Assembly: GCA_963752475.1 (NCBI GenBank)
Contig: CAVVYR010000019.1
Location: 1 to 64,000 of the forward strand
Reading direction: 5' to 3'
Length of the DNA: 64,000 nt
From: an uncultured Chloroflexia bacterium
GTDB taxonomy: Bacteria; Chloroflexota; Limnocylindria; Limnocylindrales; CSP1-4
Shown here: in pieces, positions 10,079 to 20,348 of the stretch
Layout of the letters: each line of letters begins with the position of its first letter
Position numbering within the stretch: position 1 is the first letter of the stretch
Position numbers and translations under genes: made by a program
The notes under the pieces: model-generated
What the model was told of the DNA's origin: nothing
The model's input: the letters and a program-made list of their open reading frames with translations, nothing else
The model's database searches: none

Positions 10079-10104
10079 CGCTGGTCCCTCCTGCCGTTCC
10101 GAGC

Positions 10105-11142
10105 CTAGCTCAGCTCACCGGCTCGGAAGGCTTCGATGAACCCCATGCCGAAGGCGTCCTCGCCCGTCAACATCGCGCGGGCCAGCATGTAGGCCTTGGA
10201 GTCGCGGTCGGGGTTGAGCGCCGCGGCCACGTCGGCCACCGGGTCGATGATGCCGCTGTCCTGGCCGTTCTCGACGCACATATCGAGGAACGTGTCGGTG
10301 ATGATGCGGCGGGCCGGCAGGCCGAAGCTGATGTTGCTCACGCCGCCGGTGATGTGGATCTCGTCGCCGAAGCGCTCACGGATGGTGCGCACCGCATCGA
10401 GGTAGGCCTGGCCGGCCATGGGGTCGACGCCGATGGGGATGACCAGCGGGTCCACGTGCAGCGAGTCCTCGGGCAGGCCCTTCTCGAGCGCCATGCCGAT
10501 GATCTGCTCTGCCCGCTCGACACGGTCCTGTGTGCCCGAGGGCATCGAGGCGCCGGTGCATGAGAGCACGACCGGCGTGCCGCGCTCCTTGACCAGGTCG
10601 AGCACGTCGGGGCGCTCGGTCGAGGCGGAGTTGATCATGGGCGTGGCACCGTCGGCCCAGGCAGGATCGATGGCGTCGAGGCCAGCTTCGAGCACGGCCG
10701 CGTCAGAAGAGTCGATCGACAGCGGCACGCTCGAGACGGGGCCGACGGCGGCCACCAGCCACTTCATGGCGTCGAGGCGACCGTCCACGTCTGAGCTGAT
10801 CTCATCGACGTTGAGATCGAGGTAGTCGGCACCGCCGGCGATCTGACGCTGGGCCATCCAGGCCACGTAGCGGGCCGCCACATCCGCCTCCGTGCCACCC
10901 GCAAGGCCCTGCCTGACCGCGGCCATCACGTGCTTGATGCGCTCGCTGGAGGTGAACTCCTTCGATCCGAGGATGGAGTCGGGGAGGGGGACCCACGACT
11001 CACCGTCCCCGTCGGGGAAGCGCACACCCGGGCGACCGTCGGGAGCGACGCCGCCACGGATGCCCTCGCGCTTGACGATGCGGCTGCAGTGGATGTTCTC
11101 GCCGATGATGATGAACTCGGTGCCACCTGCGGCCGTCTTCAT
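10105..11142 (-). CDS. methyltetrahydrofolate:corrinoid methyltransferase (AcsE/MetH pterin-binding domain)
   Basis: IIGENI, GADYLDLNV, LSIDSS, VDPLV, GGVSNISFGLP; own RBS (AGGAGAGG) and ATG overlapping the upstream TGA. Confidence 0.88.
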   Translation of the reverse strand: MKTAAGGTEFIIIGENIHCSRIVKREGIRGGVAPDGRPGVRFPDGDGESWVPLPDSILGSKEFTSSERIKHVMAAVRQGLAGGTEADVAARYVAWMAQRQIAGGADYLDLNVDEISSDVDGRLDAMKWLVAAVGPVSSVPLSIDSSDAAVLEAGLDAIDPAWADGATPMINSASTERPDVLDLVKERGTPVVLSCTGASMPSGTQDRVERAEQIIGMALEKGLPEDSLHVDPLVIPIGVDPMAGQAYLDAVRTIRERFGDEIHITGGVSNISFGLPARRIITDTFLDMCVENGQDSGIIDPVADVAAALNPDRDSKAYMLARAMLTGEDAFGMGFIEAFRAGELS

Positions 11143-12627
11143 GTTTCCTCTCCTTGGTTCTCTCGGGCGTAGTGATCGCGCCCCAGGAACGTGTTGGCCC
11201 AGGCGCTGGTGCCGCGCAACGCGTTGTCCTGGAGGACCGGTGCACGGTCGAGCATGGTCATGGCCTCGTCGTACGGACGGAGGCGGTCGTAGGCGACGGC
11301 CCAGACGCAGGGCTTGCCGGGCACCTCGCATTCGCCGTCGATGGAGCCGCCGCAGGGGCCGTTGCGCTGGTTCTTGGCGCAGGCGCCCTCGGGGCACTGG
11401 TAGGCGATGTCCGGCAGCGAACAGTCGCCGCAGTCCTTGCAGTCGAACATCGGCACCTTGACGGCCTGCTCCAGGACGTGGGCGGGCCACATCAGGCGGG
11501 TCTTCTCGAGCGTGCCGTACGACCTTCGCGCCCATCGTGAAGCCCCGCGACCCGGGCTCGAAGGCGACGTCGTGCACGAGGCGATTGAAGCGGTACCAGA
11601 GGGGCACGCGCTTGGTCTTGGTCGGGGGCGTCGGAACGGCCGAGGCCAGCTGCGGCAGATCACCCTGCTCGTACATGCGGTAGGGCTCGGCCTCGGGGAA
11701 GTGGATGTCCGGGAGCACGGCCTGCCAGTCCTGCTGGAACTCGTTAGCCATGCTCAGGACCTTGTCGATCTCACCGGCATTGCGCTGGCCGGCGATGTAG
11801 GCACCGGCGTAGCCCATGCCACGCACCACGGCGACCTGCTTGGCCGCGAACTCGAGGAAGGCGGCACGGCCCTTGTCGTCGGCCCCGGCCTGCTCCTCGG
11901 CCCAGGCCATCTGCGCCTCGCTCAGGCGGATGCCCGGGACACCGTCCCGATGGAAGACCTTGGCCACGCCCTTGGAGAGGACGTAGATCGAGGCCATCAG
12001 CGGGATGGGGCGCAGCTGTTCGCGGTTCCACTGCAGCAGCTCCGACCACGAGCGCGTGTCGTAGCCGACCTGGGTGATGGCGACGTCGGCGCCGGCCCGG
12101 ATCTTCATGGCCAGCTTGAGGTACTGCGGCACGAGGTCCGCCTCGACGGCCTTGAAGGGGTTGATGGCGCAGCCGATGGTGAAGCCGGGGCCGGTGCTAC
12201 CGGCGTCGCGCAGCATCGAGATGAGCCCGACCGAGTCGATGTCGAAGACCGCCCGCGAGCGGCCGCCGAAGCCTTCCTTGGGGTAGTCACCAGAGAGCGC
12301 GAGGGTGTTGGTCAGGCCCTCGCTGGCCAGCCCGTAGACGGTCGACTGGAGGGCGGCGCGGCTGCGATCGCGGCAGGCGAGGTGGACCACGCACTCACCA
12401 CCCATGCCCTGGATGGCCTGGCCCAGGGTGAGCGGGCCGAGCCGGACGAAGCCGCCGGCGTTGTCGGTGACGGTGAGGGCCGTGACACGCTCGTCGGCGA
12501 TGAGTTCACGGGCGGTCTCGCGGTGGCGCTCGCCGGCCTCGTCCTGAAGGGGACCGGCCCACGGCACGAGCTCCACGAGGGTGGTGCTGCCGTCGTCGCG
12601 CGCGAGTGATTCCGCGAACTTGCCCAT
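11139..12627 (-). CDS. metF: methylene-THF reductase with C-terminal Cys-rich MetV-like domain; apparent +1 frameshift at ~11520
   Basis: TVTDNAGG, HLACRDRS, LSGDY, ITQVGYD; second frame gives CKDCGDC...NGPCGG...CEV...CVW; removing one base restores GAKVYGTLEK. Confidence 0.85.
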
Positions 12628-12690
12628 CGATCCTCCATCCTGCGAGAGCCACTTGGCTCAGGCTGGAAGGTATCGTTCCCGGTCACGCAC

Positions 12691-12704
12691 GTCAACCGGT
12701 TGAC
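12691..12704. promoter_or_regulatory. candidate LacI-family operator
   Basis: perfect palindrome GTCAACCGGTTGAC between divergent metF and lacI-type genes. Confidence 0.65.
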
Positions 12705-12765
12705 CAACAAAGGGTCCGGATGGCACGGTAGGGACGTCCGAACGGACTTCCGGAGCAGGGGAACG

Positions 12766-13785
12766 ATGGCGCGAGGAACCGGCAGAGCGACGATCACGGA
12801 CGTGGCCCGCGAGGCCGGCGTCGACCGTGCCGTGGTGTCCAAGGTGCTCTCGGACGATCCCGGTTTGCGGGTGCGCGATGAGACGCGTGAACGCGTCCGG
12901 GCTGCTGCCGCCGCGCTCGACTACCGGCCCAACTTCCACGCTCGTGGCCTCGCTCGTGCACGCGCCGGCGCCCTGGGCCTGTTGGTGCCGGCAGGGGATC
13001 CGCTGATGGTGCCGGTCATCGCCGGCGCAGAGGAGGCGGCGGACGAGCGGGGCCTGCTGCTGTGGACCGCGCACCACGACGGGGAGCTGACCGAACGCTC
13101 CCTGCGTCTGCTGCAGAGCGGGGCCGTCGATGCGGCGCTGGTGGCCGGCCTGCGCGCGGGCTATCACGCCGATGCGCTGCTGCGCGACCCGCGCGTGCCC
13201 ACGCTGCTGGTCGACCGACGCACCGTGGGTTCCGATCGCTGGATCATCGTCGACGACGAGGGAGCCGCCCGCGTCGCGACCGAGCACCTCATCGCTCAGG
13301 GCCACACGCGCATCGGCTGGGCCGGCGGCCGAGCCGGTGTCGATACCGCCCAGCGTCGAGCCAACGGCATCCGCGATGCCATGGCCGCGGCTGACCTCTG
13401 GCTCGACCCGTCGTGGGTCGTGGCCGCCGACTACACCCCCACCGGTGGTGCCAGGGCCGTGGCCGAGATCCTGCAGAGCGAGGTGCGCCCCACGGCCATC
13501 GTGGCCGCCGATCCCAACGAGGCGCTTGGCGCCTGGCACGAGCTGGAGCGACACGGGTTGCGCGTGCCGGATGACATCTCGCTCGTGGCCATCGGGAAGC
13601 TGCCCGCGGAGGACTACCGCGTGGACCCGCTCACCTGCGTCGAGATGCCGCTGAATCGTTTGGGCCGCCTGTCGGTGGAGCTCGTGCTCGACAACCCCTG
13701 GGACCGGCCCATCCGCGAGGTCCTCGCCGATGGCTTCGTCATCTCCGACGGCGCCACGGCCGCACCGCCTCGGGAGGGAGTCTAG
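12766..13785 (+). CDS. LacI family transcriptional regulator
   Basis: TITDVAREAGVDRAVVSKVL, YRPNFHARGL, LRVPDDISL. Confidence 0.95.
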   Translation: MARGTGRATITDVAREAGVDRAVVSKVLSDDPGLRVRDETRERVRAAAAALDYRPNFHARGLARARAGALGLLVPAGDPLMVPVIAGAEEAADERGLLLWTAHHDGELTERSLRLLQSGAVDAALVAGLRAGYHADALLRDPRVPTLLVDRRTVGSDRWIIVDDEGAARVATEHLIAQGHTRIGWAGGRAGVDTAQRRANGIRDAMAAADLWLDPSWVVAADYTPTGGARAVAEILQSEVRPTAIVAADPNEALGAWHELERHGLRVPDDISLVAIGKLPAEDYRVDPLTCVEMPLNRLGRLSVELVLDNPWDRPIREVLADGFVISDGATAAPPREGV

Positions 13786-13820
13786 GCCCGGCGGGCCCAG
13801 CAGCGCCTGCTGTCGAACGG

Positions 13821-15080
13821 CTAGCGGTACTCGTCGACGGCTTCGAACATGGCCTCGATGTTCTGTGGCGGCACGTCGCCGAGCATGTTGTGCGCCGTGG
13901 CAAAGACGAAGCCGCCGCCGGGTGCCAGCGTCTCGATGTTGCGGCGAACGTGGTCGCGGACCGCATCGGGCGTGCCCTTGGGCAGCACCTGTCGCGTGTC
14001 GGCACCACCACCCCAGAAGGTGATGGCATCACCGAACTCGGCCTTGAGCTTGGCCGGCTCCATGTCGCGAGCGCTGATCTGCACCGGGTTGAGGATGTCC
14101 ACGCCGGTCTCGATGATGTCCGGCAACAGGTCGTAGAGCGAGCCGCACGAGTGCAGGAACGTCTTGAGCGAGCTGCGTTCGTGGACGTACGCGTTGAGGG
14201 CCGCATGGCGTGGCTTGAAGATGGCGCGGTACGTGTCGGGCGACATCAGTGGCCCGTTGTCCATGCCCAGGTCATCGCCGAAGCGAACGATGTCGACGAG
14301 GTCGCCGACCGAGGCGATGACGTTGTCCAACGTCTGGAAGTGGATCTCAAGCAGCGCATCGAGGAGCCGCTCTACGTTGGCCTGGTCGACCACGAGGTCC
14401 ATGAGGAAGTTGTCGATGCGGCGCAGGAACGTGCCCCACTCGAAGAGGTTGCAGCCCACGACCACCATCAGCGCCCGGTCGGTGGAGTCTCGCAGGGCCA
14501 GCGTCCGCGCCCGAAGCGTATCCCAGAACCCATCGTCACCGGCATGATTCCAGGGCGTGTGCACGAGCCCGGACCAGAGCACGTTCGGCATCACCTCGGC
14601 CAGCCCCGAGAGGTCGTCGGGATAGCCATCGAGGTAGGGCCAGTGGGTCTGGTCGAAGAAGGCCGCACCCCGCGGCATCGAGGCGATCTTGAGCCCATCG
14701 GCGTTGAAGGCCTCCCAGGCGCCATTCTCCTGCTGCACCGGGTCGAACCCGGCAGGGATCGAGACATCCGCGCCGCCGGGCAGCGTGACTGGCTTCCAGT
14801 CGGCATCGGTGGCGTCGAATGTGCGCCCGATATCGACCACGTCGATGCGCAGACGATCCAGCAGCTCGTCCTGCGGCTGCGCCAGCTGCTGCACCACGTC
14901 GTAGACCCAGGTGCGCTGGTCGGCCAGGCCAAGATGCTTGACCAGGTTCGCATGCGCGACCGCCGAGATGCCCGAGCTGGGCGTGGAGCCCAGATCCACC
15001 GGCAGTCGGTCGGGCTCCCGATGCTCGATGCTGGCGAGGACGCGCTCACGTGGCGTCATCGAGAGCTGGTGTTGCGACAT
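13821..15080 (-). CDS. UroD/MtaA-CmuA family protein (putative corrinoid-dependent methyltransferase)
   Basis: REPDRLPVDLG, GDDLG, LHSCG, FWGGGADT, APGGGFVF. Confidence 0.88.
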   Translation of the reverse strand: MSQHQLSMTPRERVLASIEHREPDRLPVDLGSTPSSGISAVAHANLVKHLGLADQRTWVYDVVQQLAQPQDELLDRLRIDVVDIGRTFDATDADWKPVTLPGGADVSIPAGFDPVQQENGAWEAFNADGLKIASMPRGAAFFDQTHWPYLDGYPDDLSGLAEVMPNVLWSGLVHTPWNHAGDDGFWDTLRARTLALRDSTDRALMVVVGCNLFEWGTFLRRIDNFLMDLVVDQANVERLLDALLEIHFQTLDNVIASVGDLVDIVRFGDDLGMDNGPLMSPDTYRAIFKPRHAALNAYVHERSSLKTFLHSCGSLYDLLPDIIETGVDILNPVQISARDMEPAKLKAEFGDAITFWGGGADTRQVLPKGTPDAVRDHVRRNIETLAPGGGFVFATAHNMLGDVPPQNIEAMFEAVDEYR

Positions 15081-15175
15081 CGTCGGACCTCCAAATCGTC
15101 GTGGCCGACGGTAGCATCACGCGTTCCGTCGGTTCGTTGCTGGGACGCGCGGTGGACGTGAAGCCCCCGCTCGGA

Positions 15176-15940
15176 TCAACCCATCCAGGCGCCACCGGTG
15201 AGATTGACGACCGCACCGGTCACATAGCTCGCGTGGGCCGAGGCCAGGAAGACCGCGACCGAGGCGATCTCCGCCGACGCGGCCTGCCGACCCATGGGCG
15301 TGGACTCCACGAACGCCCGTGTGGCGGCGCTGAAGCCTGCCTGCTGCATGGGGGTATCCACGATACCCGGCGCGATGCTGTTGACTCGGATGCCGAGCGG
15401 TCCGTAGTGGCGAGCCATCGCGTAGGTGAGCGAGATGATCCCGCCCTTGGACGAGGCATACGCCGGGATCGAGCTGGGTCCACCGGTCGTGGCCGAGAGC
15501 GAGGTCAGCATGCAGATGCTTCCCTGCGTGCGGTGCTCCTGCATGTGGCGCCCGGCGGCACGGGCCAGGAAGAACGTCGACTTCAGGTTGGTGTCCAGCT
15601 GCCAGTCCCAGTCCGCTTCGCCGATCTCGTCGAAGGGCTGCCGTCCCAGGACGCCCGCCGAGAGGACGACGCCATGGACGTCACCCAGTTCCTCGCTGGC
15701 GTGGGCCACCAGCCGGCCATGGGCGCTGAGGTCGTTGAGATCGAGTCCGGCCGCACGGTGCGGGCCCCCCGGCAGGGACTCGACGACGTCACCGAGCCGC
15801 TCCTCGTTGATGTCGACCGCACAGACCCGGGCGCCGACGTCCGCGAACGCGCGGGCCGTGGCTTCACCGATGCCCTGGGCCGCACCGGTCACGATGATGC
15901 CGCGGTCCTCGAGGCCCCATCCCGTCCGTCCGGCGTCCAT
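15176..15940 (-). CDS. SDR family oxidoreductase
   Basis: TGAAQGIG, YASSK, RVNSIAPG. Confidence 0.92.
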   Translation of the reverse strand: MDAGRTGWGLEDRGIIVTGAAQGIGEATARAFADVGARVCAVDINEERLGDVVESLPGGPHRAAGLDLNDLSAHGRLVAHASEELGDVHGVVLSAGVLGRQPFDEIGEADWDWQLDTNLKSTFFLARAAGRHMQEHRTQGSICMLTSLSATTGGPSSIPAYASSKGGIISLTYAMARHYGPLGIRVNSIAPGIVDTPMQQAGFSAATRAFVESTPMGRQAASAEIASVAVFLASAHASYVTGAVVNLTGGAWMG

Positions 15941-15972
15941 GCTCGACCTCCACTCCCGCTCGGGGCGCGTTG

Positions 15973-16734
15973 CTAGGGTGCTTCGATCGCCAGGCGCAGG
16001 TCCTCGGCGACCGACACGAGGTGCTCGGACATCATCATGCGTGCTTGTGCCGGATCGTGGGCCTCGACTGCCTCGACGAGCCGTCGGTGGAACTCGATGC
16101 CGTGGTCCCGCCCGCTCTTCGTCATGACCAGCTTGCGGCGAAGCTCGATCTGGAGCTCTGCGACCGAACCGAAGAGGATCGAGTAGAGCGGGTTGTGGGC
16201 AGCTTCGGCGAGCAGGTTGTGGAACTCCATGTCGCGGACCACGATGCCCTCGGTGTCATCGAGGTCACTGGCCGTTTCCTCGGCCAGTCGGGTCAGGCCC
16301 TCGATCTGCTCGTCGGTGGCTCTGATCGCGGCGTGCGCCGCGATGCTCGGCTCGAGCGCCAGCCGCAGCTCCATGAGATGGACGATCGAGACCACGTTGT
16401 CGCCGACGATGGCCACGAGTTCTGGGTCGATCAGGTTCCAGCGCTGCCGCGGTGTCACACGCATGCCCGATCCCTGCACGACCTCGACCAGCCCCTTGGT
16501 GCTCACGATGCGGACGGCTTCGCGCACAGCGGACTTGCCCACCGAGAACTCCCGCACGAGTTCGGACTCGGTCGGCAGCGGCGTCCCGGCTGGCAGGTCC
16601 CGCTCCACGATCTGGCGCATCAGTTGGTTGGCGATCTGATCGGGTAGGCGGGTGCGGGTAACGGTCGACGTCCGGCGGTCCGACGTCCGGCGCTGGTGGG
16701 GGATGGCGGCCTTGGTGGGACGCCCGCGGGTCAC
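15973..16734 (-). CDS. GntR/FadR family transcriptional regulator
   Basis: LPTESEL, VREA, FCD domain with DMEFH. Confidence 0.92.
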   Translation of the reverse strand: MTRGRPTKAAIPHQRRTSDRRTSTVTRTRLPDQIANQLMRQIVERDLPAGTPLPTESELVREFSVGKSAVREAVRIVSTKGLVEVVQGSGMRVTPRQRWNLIDPELVAIVGDNVVSIVHLMELRLALEPSIAAHAAIRATDEQIEGLTRLAEETASDLDDTEGIVVRDMEFHNLLAEAAHNPLYSILFGSVAELQIELRRKLVMTKSGRDHGIEFHRRLVEAVEAHDPAQARMMMSEHLVSVAEDLRLAIEAP

Positions 16735-18248
16735 GCCAGATCCTTCATGATCTCTTCGCTGATCTCGTCGTAGCGGCGCGAGTTCTCGATCTCGGCCACG
16801 ATGCGTCCTCCCTTCATGACCAGGATGCGATCGGCCAGCCGGACCATCTCGGGCATGTCGCTGGAGATCAGCAGGATGGCCTTGCCCGATCGCGCGAGGT
16901 CCCAGATCAGCTCGTGCAGCGCATCCTTGGTCTTGATGTCGATGCCGATGGTGGGCTCATCGATGATGAGGATGTCGGCCTCCGCCGCCAGCCACTTGGC
17001 GATGCTGACCTTCTGCTGGTTGCCGCCACTGAGGTTGCCCACGGTCTGCTCCAACGAGGGCGTACGAACATCGAGTTCCTCTGCGTGTCGCTGGGCGATC
17101 TCACGCTCGGCCGCATCGGGTACCCAGCCGACCACCCACCTGGCCAGCCGTCGCCAGAGGGTCACCGAGATGTTGAAGGTGATGTCCTTGGAGAGGATCA
17201 ACCCGTCGGTCTTGCGGTCCTCGCTCACGTAGCCGATGCGGTAGCGGCCCAGCGCCTGGGCGACACTGCCGATCTTGGCGGTCTTGCCGTTGACTTCGAC
17301 ACTGCCGCCGATCATCTCGTTGATACCGATGACCGCGTGGGCCAGTTCGGTACGTCCGGCACCGACGAGGCCGTAGAGACCCACGATCTCACCGGGGAAG
17401 ACCTCCAGGCTGGCATCCACCACTCCGTCGATGGTGTCCACGTCGTGCAGCGCCAGCGCCGGCCGCTCGCCACGTGGCGGTCGGGACGGCAGGTCCGTGT
17501 CTCGTCTGGTGCGGCCGATCATCCACGAGACCAGCTGGTCTCGGGTCAGGCCTGCGAGGGGCTCGCCCGAGGCCACGTTCTTGCCGTCGCGCAGGACGGT
17601 CACCCGGTCGCAGAGCTCGAAGACCTCCTCCAGCTTGTGCGTGACCACCAGCACGGCCACGCCACGGTCACGCAACGAACGCAGGATCTCGAAGAGGTGG
17701 GCCGCCTCGTGCGGTGTGATCGAGGCGGTGGGCTCGTCGAGCAGGAGCACACTGCTCTCCAGCGCAAGCGCACGCGCGATCTCGACGAGCTGCATCTCAG
17801 CTGCCGAAAGCCGCGCCGCTCGGCGGGTCACGGGGATGTTCAGCTCCATGACCTCGAGCCAGCGAGCGGCTTCCTCATTGATGGTGTCGTAGTCGACCAG
17901 GACCCCATTCCGCAGCGGCATGCGCTCGATGAGGATGTTCTCGCCGACGCTGAACTCGGGGATGAGGTTGCGCTCCTGGGGCACCGAGGCGATGCCGGCC
18001 TCGATGGCGTCGCGAGGGCTGCGGAAGTCGACTTCCTTGCCTGCCATGTGCAAGGTCCCGCTGTCTTGCCCATAGAGGCCGGTGATGATCTTGATGAGCG
18101 TGGACTTGCCTGCGCCGTTCTCGCCCACGAGGGCGTGGATCTCACCGCCCTCGAGCGCCAGCGAGACGTCGTCGAGTGCCAGCACGCCCGGGAAGGCCTT
18201 GCTCACACCGACCGCGTCGAGCGCGATCTGGTCCTGCTGGTCGGTCAT
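16731..18248 (-). CDS. sugar ABC transporter ATP-binding protein (CUT2/RbsA type)
   Basis: GENGAGKST, two ABC domains, LSGGNQQK; start reassigned to ATG at 18248. Confidence 0.95.
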   Translation of the reverse strand: MTDQQDQIALDAVGVSKAFPGVLALDDVSLALEGGEIHALVGENGAGKSTLIKIITGLYGQDSGTLHMAGKEVDFRSPRDAIEAGIASVPQERNLIPEFSVGENILIERMPLRNGVLVDYDTINEEAARWLEVMELNIPVTRRAARLSAAEMQLVEIARALALESSVLLLDEPTASITPHEAAHLFEILRSLRDRGVAVLVVTHKLEEVFELCDRVTVLRDGKNVASGEPLAGLTRDQLVSWMIGRTRRDTDLPSRPPRGERPALALHDVDTIDGVVDASLEVFPGEIVGLYGLVGAGRTELAHAVIGINEMIGGSVEVNGKTAKIGSVAQALGRYRIGYVSEDRKTDGLILSKDITFNISVTLWRRLARWVVGWVPDAAEREIAQRHAEELDVRTPSLEQTVGNLSGGNQQKVSIAKWLAAEADILIIDEPTIGIDIKTKDALHELIWDLARSGKAILLISSDMPEMVRLADRILVMKGGRIVAEIENSRRYDEISEEIMKDLA

Positions 18249-19240
18249 TTCAGCGACCTCTTGGGCTTGCCCGACCGCGACGCCACGTGGCTGGCATAGA
18301 CGGCGCCGAGGATGAACAGCCCGAGTAGGAGCTCCACGTAGATGGGGTCGATGCCGAGGTGTACGAGTGAGTTGTCGATGATGGCGATGATGAGCGCCGC
18401 CACGAGTAGGCCGATGATGCGCACCGAGCCGCCGAACAGGGATACGCCACCGATGATGGGCACGGCGAAGGAGAGCAGCAGCCAGCTCTGTCCGATCATC
18501 GGCTGGGCGGCGCTCAGCTGCGCAGCCCACAGCATGCCGGCGGTACCGGCGAGCAGGCCCGAGAGCACGTGGGCCCAGACGATGCGGCGTCCGACCGGGA
18601 TACCGGCCGTCTTGGCCGCTGAGAGGTTGCCGCCGATAGCCAGGGTCTGGCGGCCGGCAAGGGTGCGGTAGTAGTACACGGCCAGGGCTCCGAGCGTGGA
18701 CAGCGTGATGATGCCCATCAGCGGGAAGAAGGCGAAGCGGGCCTGGCCGAAGGAGGTGAAGCCGGGATCGAGATCGTAGAACGGCTGCGCCGAGGTCAGG
18801 CCCAGGTTGAGCCCCAGGAACACGCTGGCGGTAGCGATGGTGACGATGAAGGCATTGAGGCCGGTCCGAGCCACGATGATGCCGTTGACCGCGCCGCAGG
18901 CTGCGCCACAGGCGATCCCACCGATGACGGCCAGCCATACGGGCAGTCCGTAGGCGTCCATGATGCCGCCCGCGGTGATGGCCGCGAGTCCGCCGATGGC
19001 GCCGACCGAGAGGTTCATCTGTGAGATGGCCAGGACCGACATCTGCGCTGCGCCGATGAGTACGGCCGTGGACACGGCGCGCATTACGACGAAGAGGTTG
19101 AACTCAGACAGGAACGAGTCCGAAACCAGCGCCATGATCGCGACCATGATCAACAGGATCACCAGCAGGCCCGCCCAGCTGTACTCCGTCAGCCGACCCA
19201 GCATCTGCCGACCGCGACCGACGGTCTCTGCCTGGCTCAT
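18245..19240 (-). CDS. sugar ABC transporter permease (RbsC type)
   Basis: multiple transmembrane segments, NLSVGA, IGGN..AA..AGI, IIGGVSLFGG. Confidence 0.92.
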   Translation of the reverse strand: MSQAETVGRGRQMLGRLTEYSWAGLLVILLIMVAIMALVSDSFLSEFNLFVVMRAVSTAVLIGAAQMSVLAISQMNLSVGAIGGLAAITAGGIMDAYGLPVWLAVIGGIACGAACGAVNGIIVARTGLNAFIVTIATASVFLGLNLGLTSAQPFYDLDPGFTSFGQARFAFFPLMGIITLSTLGALAVYYYRTLAGRQTLAIGGNLSAAKTAGIPVGRRIVWAHVLSGLLAGTAGMLWAAQLSAAQPMIGQSWLLLSFAVPIIGGVSLFGGSVRIIGLLVAALIIAIIDNSLVHLGIDPIYVELLLGLFILGAVYASHVASRSGKPKRSLK

Positions 19241-20229
19241 CGACTCGACCGCAACGACATTCGTTCCCCGACCACCGCGCGGATCCGGTCGAGGCTGACC
19301 GCCAGCAGCAGGATGAGGCCAAGGAAGAGGTTCACGAAGAAGTTGCTGACGTTGAGCAGCAGCACTCCGTTGGTGATGCTCGCGACCAGCAGTCCGCCGA
19401 TGATGGCGCCGAATACGGACACAGAGCCGCCGGTGATGGCGGTGCCGCCGATGACCGCGATGGCAAACGAGGGCAGGAGCCAGTCCATGCCGATAACCGG
19501 CACCGCGTCGGCGAGCATGGCCGCGCTCATGATGCCGGCGAGGCCGGCCAGCAGGCCCGAGAGCATGTGCGTCTTGATGAGCGTCAGGTTCACGTTGACG
19601 CCGGACATGGCCGCCGCTCGCCGGTTGGCTCCGATAGAAAGGATCTCGCGCCCGAGTCGGGTCTTGGTGTAGAGAAGCCAGAGGGCGGCAGCGGCCACGA
19701 GCATGACCAGCACCAGCGGCGACACCGGGTAGCCCAGGACGCGGATGCGGCTGAAGGTCAGGAACGCCTCGGGCAGATCGTCATATGAATCTGCCGCGGT
19801 TATCGCCAGCATCAACCCCGTGTACACGCTCGCCGTAGCCAGCGTGATGACGAAGCTGTTGATGCCGGTTCGCACGACGAGGAGGCCGTTGGTAGCACCC
19901 ATCAGCGCGCCCAGTGCCAGCCCGATGGGGATGGCCAGCAGGGGGTCGAGATGGAGGACCTCCATCAGGCCGCCGGCGCACATGGCGACCCCGCCGCCGA
20001 TGGCACCGAGCGAGAGGTTCATCTCACCCGCCGAGAGGGCGATCATCTGCCCGAAGGCGATGACGATCTGCACTGCCGCGAAACGCAGCAGCGTGAACAT
20101 GTTGAAGTCGCTGGTGAATCCGGTCGCGAAGAGCGCGAAGAACAACCAGAAGCTGAGCGTCACCGCCAGCAGGCCGAGCCTGGGCGAGTTGCGCCTGAGC
20201 ATGCTGCGTAGCTGGTCGTTACGCGTCAA
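19237..20229 (-). CDS. sugar ABC transporter permease (RbsC type)
   Basis: multiple transmembrane segments, IGANRRAAAMSG, VIGGTAITGG; TTG start. Confidence 0.9.
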   Translation of the reverse strand: MTRNDQLRSMLRRNSPRLGLLAVTLSFWLFFALFATGFTSDFNMFTLLRFAAVQIVIAFGQMIALSAGEMNLSLGAIGGGVAMCAGGLMEVLHLDPLLAIPIGLALGALMGATNGLLVVRTGINSFVITLATASVYTGLMLAITAADSYDDLPEAFLTFSRIRVLGYPVSPLVLVMLVAAAALWLLYTKTRLGREILSIGANRRAAAMSGVNVNLTLIKTHMLSGLLAGLAGIMSAAMLADAVPVIGMDWLLPSFAIAVIGGTAITGGSVSVFGAIIGGLLVASITNGVLLLNVSNFFVNLFLGLILLLAVSLDRIRAVVGERMSLRSSR

Positions 20230-20348
20230 CTTCCGTGTCTCTCCAGCACTGATGAACGGAGTGGGTGCCGCGAGGCGGACCCGCTTGGGGCCAATCGCGC
20301 CTCGCGGTCACCACGACGAGCGTTTGGACGCTCGCTAGGAAGCCTGTC

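Noticed and set aside
10105-12627. 840-aa MetF-AcsE fusion protein
   Set aside because: The middle ~125 aa are Arg/Pro-rich off-frame sequence; the alternative frame encodes a conserved Cys domain, and acsE has its own RBS and ATG
6808-12627. complete Wood-Ljungdahl/acetogenesis locus
   Set aside because: No CODH/ACS, CFeSP or formate dehydrogenase genes in the window
13821-15080. hemE (true uroporphyrinogen decarboxylase) call for the UroD-family genes
   Set aside because: They lack the RQAGR motif, have no tetrapyrrole-synthesis neighbours, and sit among corrinoid genes
16731-18938. 735-aa extended ABC ATPase
   Set aside because: The N-terminal extension overlaps the permease out of frame; the true start is at 18248
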